DNA of 64,000 nt from Isurus oxyrinchus (Eukaryota): positions 90,334,001 through 90,398,000 of the forward strand of contig JANJGN010000021.1 of NCBI GenBank assembly GCA_026770705.1. The letters are read 5' to 3'. This document shows, in pieces, positions 1-12,700 of the stretch. The notes under the pieces were generated by a model, which worked only from the letters and a program-made list of their open reading frames with translations, made no database searches and had not been told where the DNA came from. The stretch's first letter is position 1. The number at the start of each line of letters is the position of its first letter. Position numbers and translations under genes: made by a program.

Positions 1-687
1 ATTCATCGTTTGGAGCGTCAACAACAAGGAGGGCATTTGTTTCCCATGCCTAATTCCACTGAAGTCGCCTTCTTGAACCGTTGCCAACCATGTGTAATAC
101 ATGCCTGCTCACCACTTCCAGTAGGTGCACCAAAGGATATTTAAGCCAGAGACAGTGGAAGAACGACGAGATATCTTTAATTTAGAATTTTATTTATGTA
201 GCATACTTAATGTGGTAAACCTCCCCAAGTTCAGTTTGAAGATGAGGAAAGCAAAGTTAGGCACTCAGCCACTTAATGATACATTATGGTAAATGGCAGA
301 AAAATTCGTCAGAGTGCTTATATTTTAAGGTTACTTTAAGAGTGCGTTATTTGTTCTGCAATTATATCTAATTAGGTTTTGTGTAGGAAAAAGGTACTCC
401 CGATAGAGATTCAGCTGCAAATGACTGCCCAGCCTCTTCCAACACATATGATTAAAATCAATGGACAAAATAGTGTAAATTTCCTGCTCTTCAAAGCCAA
501 ATTCTCCAACTGTAGTTTCAGTGTCGCAGGAATTCACAGAGGGGTCCAGCAGCCTACATCTTCCCATCGGAAATTTGAATTTCAAACACATTATGGCACA
601 GCTGCGCGCACGGGGTAATGCTCTGCTTGTCAACATGAAAAAGCGAACAACAAATGAAAGTTCAAAGTTGAACATGTTCTCTTACAG

Positions 688-714
688 AAATGGACCTGCA
701 TATGAAAGATACGG
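688..714 (+). CDS. 27-nt microexon, type I, (E)MDLHMKDT
   Basis: ttctcttacag|AAATGGACCTGCATATGAAAGATACGG|gtaaga; paralog at 19064 has the same length and splice sites. Confidence 0.85.
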
Positions 715-3700
715 GTAAGACATTTTCTATTGGGTTAAGTTCATGCATGTTGTTTTTTTTTGGCCCAAAATTCAATGTCCACACTAACTATAAAGCTCAC
801 TACAAAAGCAATTAATGGTTTTTAGGAATGGGAAACTATCGATGCAGTCATAATAATTAACTTAACTTGCTGAAAAATGCCTAGCATTGTTTTTCACTCA
901 GGTACCATTTCAGTGTTGACGTTGATAAAGTACCTAGCAAAGTAACCTTAATGGAGAAAACTGCATTTAGCACGTTGAAGGTTAGACGTATGAGCAGCTG
1001 ATATAATTGCTCATTTCACGTTCCTGTCCTAACATAAAACCCCACGCCCTCCACAACCACCCCCCTCGCCTCCACATACACATTCGTGCACACACGCACA
1101 TGTACCTTCCCATTTGTGCCAATCTTCATACAGCCTTCTTTGATTCAAAAATGGCAAAACCAGCACAAAATGGCGAAAGATAATCGCCAAAATGTTACTC
1201 ACGCCACCATTATTTTGCCGTTTGTCTTCAAAAGATGAACACAATCGTGAGACATAGCAATCGGAAATATTGTTAAAGAAGTCTGTACCATTCTTGGATT
1301 CAAGTTCCAGGAATCTAATATTAGCCGAGAGATACATACATTGCAGACCTTTGATCCATTCCTTCACCAATTTAATGATCACATTAATAGCACTGTCTGC
1401 AGCAAATTGATAAAAATATCTGTAATGCAAGAAAGCGCATACAAAAACGTGAATTTTTGTGAAGATTTGCTTTGCTTTACTTATGCTAAAGTAGCGCTTC
1501 ATATGAATTGGAATATGTTATGCTGTTGCTGATGAGAGCCGTTAACGTGCCCGTCCCTACTGCTGTGAATCGGCATCATGAATTTCTGAATCCATCTCGG
1601 TTTCCCGGCATAGGCTTCAGCAGAAAGGACGCTTTTGTAAAAAAATTATTACTTTCGATCTCAGTTTGTTTGGAAGAATCCAAACATTCCCTTAATTGAC
1701 AGGTAGGCTGCTTTTAAATGCATTAATATTCTTTGAATATATTTCAATCAGTTTGTTTGACCTACCTTAATTCCCATATTTGATCAGTGTTTTAACTTTT
1801 TCACATATCATTCATGTTAACTATCATACTAACATTTTACGGTGGCGCCTTGATCTATATGTCATTGTTTTTTTTTCTGAATGTTCACAACTGCCTGGTT
1901 CATAAGTAACTGCCAGTTAAATACAAAGCAACTCGTATTCATGTCCAAAAGTAAATATATAAAAAACGCTCCAATAAGACATTTCAAAACATATCTAAAC
2001 TAGAAACATCGGATTAAAGTTAAAAAAAAACTCCTACATTTTCAGAAATAGAAACACTGAAGAAACGACTGGACGAAAAGTTTTAGCGAAATATTAAATT
2101 ATTTACTGTTGTATGCGATTCATATGCAGTAAAGTTGTTGTTCACACAACTCAATTTCATGGTTTCCGGAGCCGGTGAGCGTGGGGGATGGGTGGCGGCT
2201 CCGGGGGAAGGAGGCGAGGTGCACTAATTGTCGCATTTGTCAGGCCTGGTGGAGGGCAGCGGGAGGAGATGGAGCTTGACACCCCGCCCCAATCAACGCT
2301 TGCTTCCTGCTTGTGCTTCCTCCCCAGCACTTACCAAGAGGACTCCGAACACACTTTCCCCACAATCCTCTGGTCTCACCTCCACTTCCCTTTGTGAGAT
2401 TATGAACAATTACCTGCTGATAAACTCCCGGCTGTGAACCTCTTTGGCCCGCACATCTACGAGGCAGGAATTCCATCCCTCTAGCCCCCACACCCCACCC
2501 CGTGCAAGCCCTCTGAGTGTTGGAGATTAGTTCCTCTCCGGGCAATTAACTTTCTTTGGACCGTTATATGGCTGTCGAGAGCCCAACTTTGAATGCTTTG
2601 CATTCCTCACTGAAACTGCCATGAGGCTTCCACGGCCAGAGTGCTGCCAGCCATTTAATTGTCAGGTAGCCATCGAGGGGCGGCCTGCAAACCAGAATAG
2701 GGAGGAATGTCCACCTCAGGTCCATTAGCTGTCCTCTCGCCTTTACATGGTTGCATAGAAATTGCAAATGAATATGCTGTGTGAACTTGACCCATATATT
2801 TTCGTGGAGGCATTGCTTGTGGTAATCCACCACAAATGTAAAATTTTCGCCTTGTTTTGTAGTCACCTCCTTGATGCTGACTCTCATTCTCCATGATTGC
2901 TGTTTTTTTGGAACTATTTGAACTATTCTCTGTCCCTATGAAGCTCTTCAAACAACCACTGCACACCTTCTAGTTCTTTTACATCACATGTTGAATTGTT
3001 GTTCTTTTTCCAGACAATTATTTGCTTTAAGCATCGTCTCCCTGAATAGCGCTGTCTCCATGATGTCATTTTGAATCCCGATATCCCTGATAGGCTCTCT
3101 CTCTGACTCTTCTATTTGGTGTAGAAATAGAAAAGCTGAGGAAGCGAGTAAAAGACACAGGTAAGGAACTTAACCCTTTGTGCTCCGAAACATGAAATCT
3201 ATATGTTTAATTTTCATTAACATAAAGTTGCTTTATGTTTCAATCAACATTATAAGTGTTATCTAGAGCAATGTAAAATATCTTCCTACACAGATTGATC
3301 AGCCTTAAGGATATGTTCGTTTCAGCAAATCCCAAGCTCTGCGGAAAATGAGAGTGCTGAGTACATCCAAGGAATGTACGCGACAGTTAATAGAAGCATT
3401 GACGACACAGCATGCCATCGGGCCCATCGAGCCCATGACTGTTATCCATGGAGCAATTCAATCATTCATTCTATTCTACTCACTCGCTTCATCATAGCCC
3501 TGCAGGTTTATTTCGTTCAAATGCCCTTCCATGTTTTATTTTTGTTTTCAAATCATTCACTGGTTCCTCTTTGCCAACCTGCTTGGCAGCGAATGCCAGG
3601 CCATTACCACTCGCTGTGTAAATTCAAAAGGAATCGTTCCTCGCAAAATTTGGAAGCGTTGTGAACATATAAAAGGTTGGAAACAATTTGGATAGTGAGG

Positions 3701-6700
3701 GGGATAGGTTAGAAATTCAAAATGAAATTGACAAGTTGGTGGAATGAGCAGTAGACTGGTGCCATACGGACTTCAATGCAGGAAAGTTTAAAGTGATTCA
3801 CTTTGTTAGGAGAAACATCGAAAGACAACATAACATGAAGTGTTCAATTCTAGAGAGGGCACGGGAGCAGAGGATCTGCGTGTATGTGTATATACCTTAT
3901 TAAAGGAGGCAGCACAGGTTGGGAAAATTATCTGTAAAGCACACAGTATCGTGGGTTTTATTACTAGGGCCACAGAGTGCAAGAGCAAGAGATTTAAGTT
4001 GAATTTATATGGGCCAATATTATGGACTCAGCTACAGTAGTACACCGAGCTATTGAAAGCCTTGCTTTCGAAAGGATGTGAAGGCATTGGAAAGGGTGCA
4101 GAAAAAAAATTCATGAATATTGTCCTAGGGGTTAGGAACTTCAGTTACGAAGATAGACTGGAAAAGATAAGACTAGTCTCCTTAGAGAAACGAAGGCTGA
4201 GAGGAGATTTGATAGACGTATTCACAATTATGAGGGGTCTGAACAGAACAGTTAGACTAAGGTATTCTCATTTATGAAGGTTTGGATAACTCGACAGCAT
4301 AGAGTTAAGAGTATACATATCTTTATCTTAAGTCTCACCTGCCGCTTGCCTGTTCGTTCTGTTTGTCTATCAATGTTTCAGGTGATTCGTATCAAGATTA
4401 TTGTTTGCCACGCCTCCAAGTTTCATATCATGAGCAAATGTAGAAATTGGACATTATGATCCAAGGCTCAAGCAGTTTATATATAGTAAATATAAACATA
4501 AATAGATAAGTAAACAGAAAAAGCAAGCAGATGAAAGAATGAATGAACCGATCAATCAATATGAAAGAAATTCATCATTAAATAGTTAAATACCAAAATA
4601 AATGAACAAGTAAATAATTAAATGACATTTAGCATGTTTCGCTGTTTATGGTCCTGAAAGACTTTTTGTTTTTTTTTAATCCACTTTGTCTCCTGCCATC
4701 CGCTTCTATGAGACTCAGTTTTGTTCGCTAACCTGTCCTGTAGCACTTTGCTGAAAACATTACTAAAATCCATGTACATAGCCTCCAGTGCATTCCATTT
4801 AGCAAATTTCCCTGTTTGTACAACACAATGGAATTATGTGCTTCCAAAGAATCAAATATTCGATGCCTTTTACAAATCTTCACTGGATATACTTAATCAA
4901 ATTGCAGATATCCAAGAACCTATTGATGTTTCCCTGATTATTGTTAATAAACTCTTCCGCAACAGTGAAGTTAAACTAACTAGTCTTACTTACTTCCTAA
5001 AAAAAGTGGGACATATTTGCCACTGCTATATTCAGATGCACATTCCCCTTATCTCGTGAAGACTTCAAGAATATGGCAAGCCATTCTGCCATGTCCATCC
5101 AGACTTCAGCAACTGGGCATGCAATACTTCCGGATGAGGTGACATATCCAACTTAAGCATGGCAGCTTTTTCCACGACATCCTCCGTCAATCTTTACTCT
5201 ATTCATTGCTTCCAATGATTCGGTTTCTATAGGCATCTTTTTTGACAGATTCGTGTTTATCACACCAATAAAAAATACTTATTAAGTACTTTGTTCTACT
5301 CCACAGACCGTACATTACCTTCTTTGTTGCTAAAAGGGGCCAGTCCTCCCAGTACTATTGGCTGACTATTTACATGCGGGGGGACAAATCGGGGTCACAC
5401 ATAGGTTCAAAGCAATTCCATTCTCAGGTTCTCTTCTGGTTGCTCATAACCATGACTGTAAATTAAGAGATCCAGCACTGAAATCAAAATGAATGATTGC
5501 ACAGGCACAAAGATTCGAAGTAATAATAATAACAATAACAATAATAAAAACAGCAATAATAATAATAGAAATAATACGTATAATAATAGGAATATGTTAG
5601 CCACCTGCTGGTTTTTTGCCTATTTGCATATCGCACAATGGAAAGAGCCAGAATATTTGCAGGAGGGTGCGAGTACATGACGAAACCGGCCAAAGAACTA
5701 AGCTGGAGAAAGATCTGTCTGTAATTGGCGAGAGATCAACAACCTGTTTTTCCCTTCTAAGAAACGTAATACAATTTGGGAGGATGGATGCCAGTAATTG
5801 AGGGTAGAGGGGTTTCGAATACTTGGGTAACGGGACTGAAGTGCGAAATACACCTCCAATTACAGAAGCAGTGTTGCAAGGCACACCTACGTGGAAGACG
5901 CCCCTTCATATCATTGTCGAAGTTGTCGAGCCGTCTAAAACATTTGCACCTCATTTCCAAAGTAGCAGCACTGATTAAAGGGGTGATCTTACAATCTGGG
6001 AATTATGCATCTTTGCCATAGTGGAATTTCTCTGCGTAAGTGCTATCAGTCGACACTTACTCACCAACAATCTTTACATCGATGTCCAGGGCGGAATTCT
6101 ATCTTCCATGATATAATGGAGTATATTTTGGGGCGCGAAGGCGGTGGGCGGGGTTAGCTGCGTTATCATGCTTGTTTTCCATTAAAAAAAATCAGGAGGG
6201 CGGGTAAATATGTCGAGTAATGAAGTACCATTCACTGCAGGAATACAGTCAGAAGGCAGCAATAGAAGCTGAAGATGATACCGATGCCGGATTAAGAATT
6301 GTTTTTTTAAACGCAAGCTTGCTTGGGAGGGTTTTAAAACTGCAGTTGACAGTGGTGTCTCAGTTTTGCTGTTAAAAGACTATTGACAACCGGGGCTGCT
6401 GTTTTGAGTGGACATGGAGCCATTTGGATATTACTTACTAAGAGACCCCACATTTGATTAAGAGGGCTCTATTGTTGTAATTTTGTCCGGACAATTACCC
6501 AGGGCTGACGGGTGAAAAAGTATCTTCACTAGATATGGATTGCTGTCCCATTTGGAGGTACATCCTCCAATGTGGGGTCCAGATGGATTAGAATGTGATG
6601 AGTGGAAGTGGCGAAAACGGGAGGCTCAGTTTTCTGTGGCTCCTCAGGAAGGGGCTGGAGCCATACACAGAGGGTCAGGATGAACCCAAAAACTCTTAGC

Positions 6701-9700
6701 TGTGGTGCAGACGGGCCTCTGCCACACAAAGAACATACAGACGCAGAAGTAGCTACCTGCAACTGACATCATGAGGCCTTTGAGCCTTTTGTGGCTTTGG
6801 GGCTAAGTTCTCCTCACCACATCAACACTGTTGACATCGGTGGATACCTTCTCCCTCTTAGCATGAGTCTGCTGGGCTTACTCTTTCTCGCAGTGCTCAG
6901 TGTGAACAATAGATAATGCCTAGTATATACTGCATCAAATGGGCGCCGAGGATGACTTCGCTGCAACAGGAAGTAGATCTGATCGTTCTGAAACACTTCT
7001 CCCTTCACTCCGATGGCGCAGACATCTACGCTTTGCATTAGTAATAAGTGCACAGTTCCTCAGAACCAAAAAGGTGGAGAGTTGCAGAAGCTAACATTTT
7101 TCCACCGTTGAAGTTTGAAATTGTTGTTACTGATTATTGAAATCAGATATTTGTTGACAGGCTCAGACCCGAGGAGTTGAATGGCTTGGTTCTGTGATGT
7201 AAGAGAGTATGAGTTTAATCGCTAAAATATAAAATAAATGCTGGAATATACTTCAGAGGCCTGGTAGCATCTGTGGATCAAGAAACAGAGTTAACCTTTT
7301 GAGTCCGCATGACTTCTTCATAGCTGAAGAGAGGTAGAAATGTAACGTGTTTTAAACTGTGGAAGAGACGGGATGGAGTAGATGGAGCAAAATAGAAGGC
7401 CAAACATCGGTGGGGGCTCCAAAAGACTTGCCAAAGACATCCTGGTCACAAGGTAAATGGAGTGGTAAAATCATAGCGTTAGTGACTAAGGCACGTGAAA
7501 AAACGTGTTAGCCTTCTGTAAAAACAAAACATAAATCAAATTTCAGGCTAGCTTTATGGGGAGTGTGTTCGCAAAAAGAAACACCTAGGACAGAGTCCAT
7601 GGCCTGAATTTGCTGAACTCATTATTAAATGCAGAAGGCTGTAAAGTGCCGAATGGGAAGGTCAGGTATTGTTCCCAGAATTTGTTTTGGGGAACAGGCA
7701 GAACAGCACTTCATCTTTTGGATAAATAACTTACGACTTTCTGCATTTAACCCTGCGTCAACAAGTTCACACCATGAACTCTGCTCTCCATTTTGATATT
7801 CTTTTCTTCCCAATGCCAATACCCACAAGGCCTTTCTGTAGCTTGTTCTTATGTTTTGCTTTCAGGGAAACAAGTCCCTTGTTCTGCTATTAAGATATTC
7901 TGATATGTGACCTTCATGTGAACATGAGCACATTGCTTCGTTATGAACACCATTATTACCACTACCTTTGTCTTGTGAACATTCCATATTCATCAAATCT
8001 CTCCTGAGCTCCCACCTACCACTGAGCTCTTTTTTTGCTCCAACAACTTCACTCCCCTTCTTCAACAACATAAAACTCATTACACTTCGACGTCTCTTCA
8101 TCTCTGAATAAGAGTCATACTGACTCAAAACATTAACTCTGTTTCTCACTCCACAGATGCCGCCAGCCCTTCCGAGCTTTTCCAGCATTTTCTGTTTTAT
8201 TTTCTTTCCATAGCATTTTAATTTTATAATAGGTAAACATTTAAATTGCCTTACTTGACCAGACTGGAAGATGCGCAAACCTTCAGTATATATAATAGAT
8301 GTGTTCGTCTGATCATCTGGTGGGTCACCTGACACAGCCAAGAGCAATGGGGACATTTAGAATGCTGGCTATCACCTTTGTCCTAGGTGTACGCAACTTC
8401 CGAGACCAGAACCCCCGCCCTCCTGCACTCTTTTGGCGGTGTGATGACCGGTATTCCACTTCTGCCTCTAATTCGTGCCAACTAACGTATCATCGGGGGT
8501 CACCGGCGGCATGGCCTGAAATCAGAATTGCACCAACTTCTGGGTTGCGGTACACGCTGGCGTAAGAGAGCACACGGTTCAGCCCCAGGTTATTGCTCTA
8601 TTTGGGCAATTCAACTTCAGAACAGCTCATTGCAGCCTGGGTTCAAGCATGGAGAAAAGAGTTCAAATGCACAGTGCAACAAAATATTTACTTGACATTA
8701 ATGCTGACGCTGATTGTGTTCGCGAATAGATTCGGGAAACAAATCTTCACTGGTTCAGTTACCGCGAACCCAAAAGAACGAGAGTTTCAGTTTCCAAACT
8801 CAAATCATCTAAACCCCAGCACGTTACTGCAGGAGCTCTTCAGAGCCATGCCCTATGCGCATCAAACTTAAACTTGTTCAAAAGTGATAACACATGAATG
8901 CGAATGCAGCAGTGGTTTCGTTCACTATAGGATGAATTCCGTCAAATCATATTCAGAATTCGTCAGATAATAAAACGGTCCATCGCCTTCTGTAGCATGG
9001 GGTGATCGAAGCTAGATGTTACTTTCAGCCTTGGACTCATAAATCTCATCCATCTTTAGTACCATAGACACGCTGGCTCATGACGGTCTCCAATAAAAGT
9101 GATTGTAACCAATGATATAACCATCACTTAAATGTCCCCTGCATCGTCCCAGTGGTCGGCATTAGCCAGAGTGTAAAGTGCAACATTTTGTGATAATAGT
9201 AAAATGTGAGAGGCAAACTATCCTGTCGTCACCAATATACGACCTGACTTTGCAAAGCTTTTTCAAAATATGCTTTTTTTATAAATTGAAATGATGTGGA
9301 CTTGGCTGGGTTGGGCGAACATGTTTTGCCCATCCGTAATGGCCCTTTATAAGTTGGTGGTGATCTTCCATTTTGAATCGCTGAAGTCCCTGTGATGTAG
9401 CTGGTGGGCAATTAAACACTTCAACGGAGGAGGAGGCGCCACAAACGTTCCCATGCTCAATGATTAAGGAGGCCAGCGCATCAGTGCAAAAGATCAAGCT
9501 GAAACATTTGCTGCAATCATCAGCCAGAATTGCCGTGCAAATGACGCACCTCGGTCTCCAGCAGATGGCCCCAGCATCACGGGTGCCAGTCTTCAGCAAA
9601 TTCGATTCACTCTACGTGATATTGAAAATCGCTGAGGACAGTGGATACTGGAAACGCTATGGACCCTAAAATATTCCAGCAATAGGACGGAAGACTTGTA

Positions 9701-12700
9701 CAGCAGAACGAGCCATTTCTACCCATAAATATGGAAAAATGTCAGTTATGTCCTGTACACAAAACGCAGGACAAATCCAACCCAGCCAAAAACTACCCCA
9801 CCAGTCTACTCTCGATTAGAAGCAATGTGATGGAACGGGCCATCAACACTGCAGCCAAACGGAACAGTTTAGCGTAGCCTGCTCACTGGCGCTCATTTTG
9901 TGCTCCGCCAGGTTCCCTCAGCTCATGACCTTATTGCAGCCTTGCTCCAAACATGGACAAAATAACTGAATTTCAGAGGTGAGCTGAGAGTGGCAACCCT
10001 TGGCATCCGGGCCTCATTTGACCGACTGTGGCATGAAGGACCTCTAGAAAAACGCGTGTTAATAGGAATCAGGGCGAAAAATCTTCACTGGATAGAGAGA
10101 TACAATGCGCAAAGGAAGATGGTTGTGGTTGTTAGAGGTCAGTCATTTCAGTTCCAGAACATGACTGTAGGACTTGCACAGAATAAGACGGGAGCAGGTC
10201 AAAGTCTAGGAATCTCACGTCCTTTTCTGCAAAGCCTGTCCACAAACAATGACGCCCAATTCAGGAGTGTGATTGAATGTTTGTCTGGACGAGTGCCTCT
10301 CCAACAACATTCATGAAGCTTTGCATCATCCAGGCCAAAGCTACTTTCTTCACTGACACCCCATCGTCACACAGTCATTCCCTCCGCCACTGATGCACAG
10401 TGACAGCTGTGTGTACTATCTAAAAAAAATGAAAAACAAATGTAACTGTGGTCCCACAGGCTGCTCTTCCATTAGAGAAAGTACCTAAGTGGCGAGGTTA
10501 ACCAAAGGTTAGCATCTCAGGCGATGGGCGAAGGCTTAATGAATGACCTTCACTGATGCGAGCATTGAGTTTGCTTGATTGGCAACCTCTCCATTGCATT
10601 CATTCACTCCACCACTGACACACATTCACAGCAGTATATAACATCTGCAAGGCTCCAGGAATGGCACCTTCCAAACCCACGACTACTATACTCTAGAAGG
10701 ACAAGGGCAGCAGATATATGGAAGCTCCTCTTCCAGCCACCCATCACCCTGACTTGGAAATACATCGCCGTTCCTTCAGTGTCGGTGGGTCAAAAGTCCT
10801 ACAACTATCCCCCGAAACGGACTGTGGGTGTACCTACACTACATGGACTGTGGCAGTACAAGAATTTCGTTCAAAGCCACTTTCATATGTGCAATTGGGG
10901 ATGGGCAATAAATATTGGCCTGGCCAGCGAGGACCATATGCCTTGAATGATATCAAAGGCACACTCACAGGGCGACTCTTTATTAGTTTTGTTTTAGCTT
11001 GAGTAGCTCCTGAGTATTTATCATTTGACTACAAGTCAGGAGACTGTCATGCTATTGTTTTGCGAATTTCTTAGCGAGTATTCTAATAAAATAAGCAAAT
11101 AAAATGGGTTAAAGAGACATCGCAGGGTTAGTAATGTGCTGCACACGTTGGATTTGTGGAATGCATTGCAGCCTGCGGGAGCCTTATTTTCCACAGGTGC
11201 CAGTAGACTGAATTAATTGGCTCAGCGTCACTGTACTGGAATCCGAGTTGCAAATGTTGCAGGGCAACAGAAATGAGGAGAGTTACCGTGATGCTTGTTG
11301 TAGAAGGCAGTAACAATCCTTACATCACATAGCAGAGTTCTTCGATACTCAGAGTTATGAGTGTGATTGCGGGTTACAGCATGCAGTGATGGAGGCAAAT
11401 CATGTCTTGACTTTGACCAGTCGTTATGCGATAAGTGTACTTATGTGGATGTGATTTATGGCGTGATGAGGAATGAGTCAGCTAGCCATATTACAAGGAT
11501 GAAACTGAAGTAAGGGTTGGGGAAGCAAAAACGGGTGTGCAGCTCGTGGATACTATAGCCTTGGGGCACTAAGTGCTCTTCAGCATGTTATTAAGTTCCG
11601 TAAGATCTCCTGCATCGCAAATAGCAAGATAAAGGAACTGTCTCCTGGCGGGTGATTAACTTGGTATGGGAGGGAATGTTCCTTGCAGGAAATAAAGATA
11701 TAATCGAAGTAGAAAGGCTGTTCTGCTGAGAGAATTTAATGAGATAGGGTGCAGATTAAAAGGAGATTCTCAAGGGTAATAATGTCAGGCTTGTTTTCTA
11801 TGTTGCACGTCAATCAACATAGATTGAAGCAGATTTGGGAATTAAATGCATTGTTCAAAGAGTGATTTTTGGAGAATAGCTTCCAATTGCTGGAAAACTT
11901 GGGGCAATGTTATGAACGGAGGAAATGTTCCTTTGAGATGGGCTTCGTGTGAACCGGTTTAATATCCATGTCTTGGTGAGTAATATAATCAAGGCTTAAA
12001 AATAAACGTGATGGTGTGTGCTTCGGTTGAAAGGTGAGTTGGATTCCAAGATTGGAGAACACTGCATTGATTTGTGAAACACATTAGCATAGGAAGTGTC
12101 TGATCATTTAAAGGAGCAGATATGCAAATAAAGTCCATGCTTGTAATAGTAATCAAGAACACAATGAATGATTCTTTGCCTAATTGCACACGAAGTCACA
12201 ATAAGATAGAAGAGCAACTGGCACATATAGAGATAAATTGTTCAAATAGACACTCAGGATCCCATGAGCTTCACAACAAGGCTATATGAAGAGATAGCTA
12301 TTGAACGTGTTGCATGAGATATTCCAATATTCTCCGTATTCTAGAATGGTCACCACACATTTGAAATTAACAGGAATAAGAGTGCTGTTTAAAGATTGGG
12401 GAATAAGGGAAAAAAAGGAACTACTGGCCAGGTACCCTAAGCAGTAGGGGAAGTGTTGCAATCTACTATGAAGAAAGTAGTAAAAATACACTCATATAAT
12501 TATACTGGGACCACACATCATAAACATGGTTTTACGGAAGGGATCACCTGCTTGACACCTTTTATAGTTTTTGAACAATTTTGTAGCTTTTTAAATTAGA
12601 TATATTGAAGACAGTATATTGGGTTTCCAAAAAACTCAAAAGGTTAGTGCGAAAGACAGAACATCATAGATATGGTGGTATTTTATTAGCACGGGTATAA

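Larger units (their letters stand above)
1..2155 (+). repeat. Intragenic duplication block A, copy 1 (paralog of about 18400..20565)
   Basis: Colinear similarity throughout, e.g. ttcaaagttgaacat, agatgaacacaa, tcagtttgttt, tactgttgtatg.gattca; probably extends left of the window. Confidence 0.9.

Noticed and set aside
1029-1502. 157-aa minus-strand ORF
   Set aside because: No recognisable domain, ends in a low-complexity tract, and no matching ORF appears in the duplicate block.
3326-3351. ttcag|CAAATCCCAAGCTCTGCGGAAAATGA (ANPKLCGK*) as a terminal exon; similar acceptor-plus-stop cases near 21479 and 23751
   Set aside because: An acceptor followed by a quick stop is expected by chance, and there is no paralog support.
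5407-5693. Poly-Leu, poly-Tyr and poly-Asn ORFs
   Set aside because: Translations of the AAT microsatellite.
11075-11106. AG..GT segment of about 32-33 nt
   Set aside because: In-frame TAA and weak donor.
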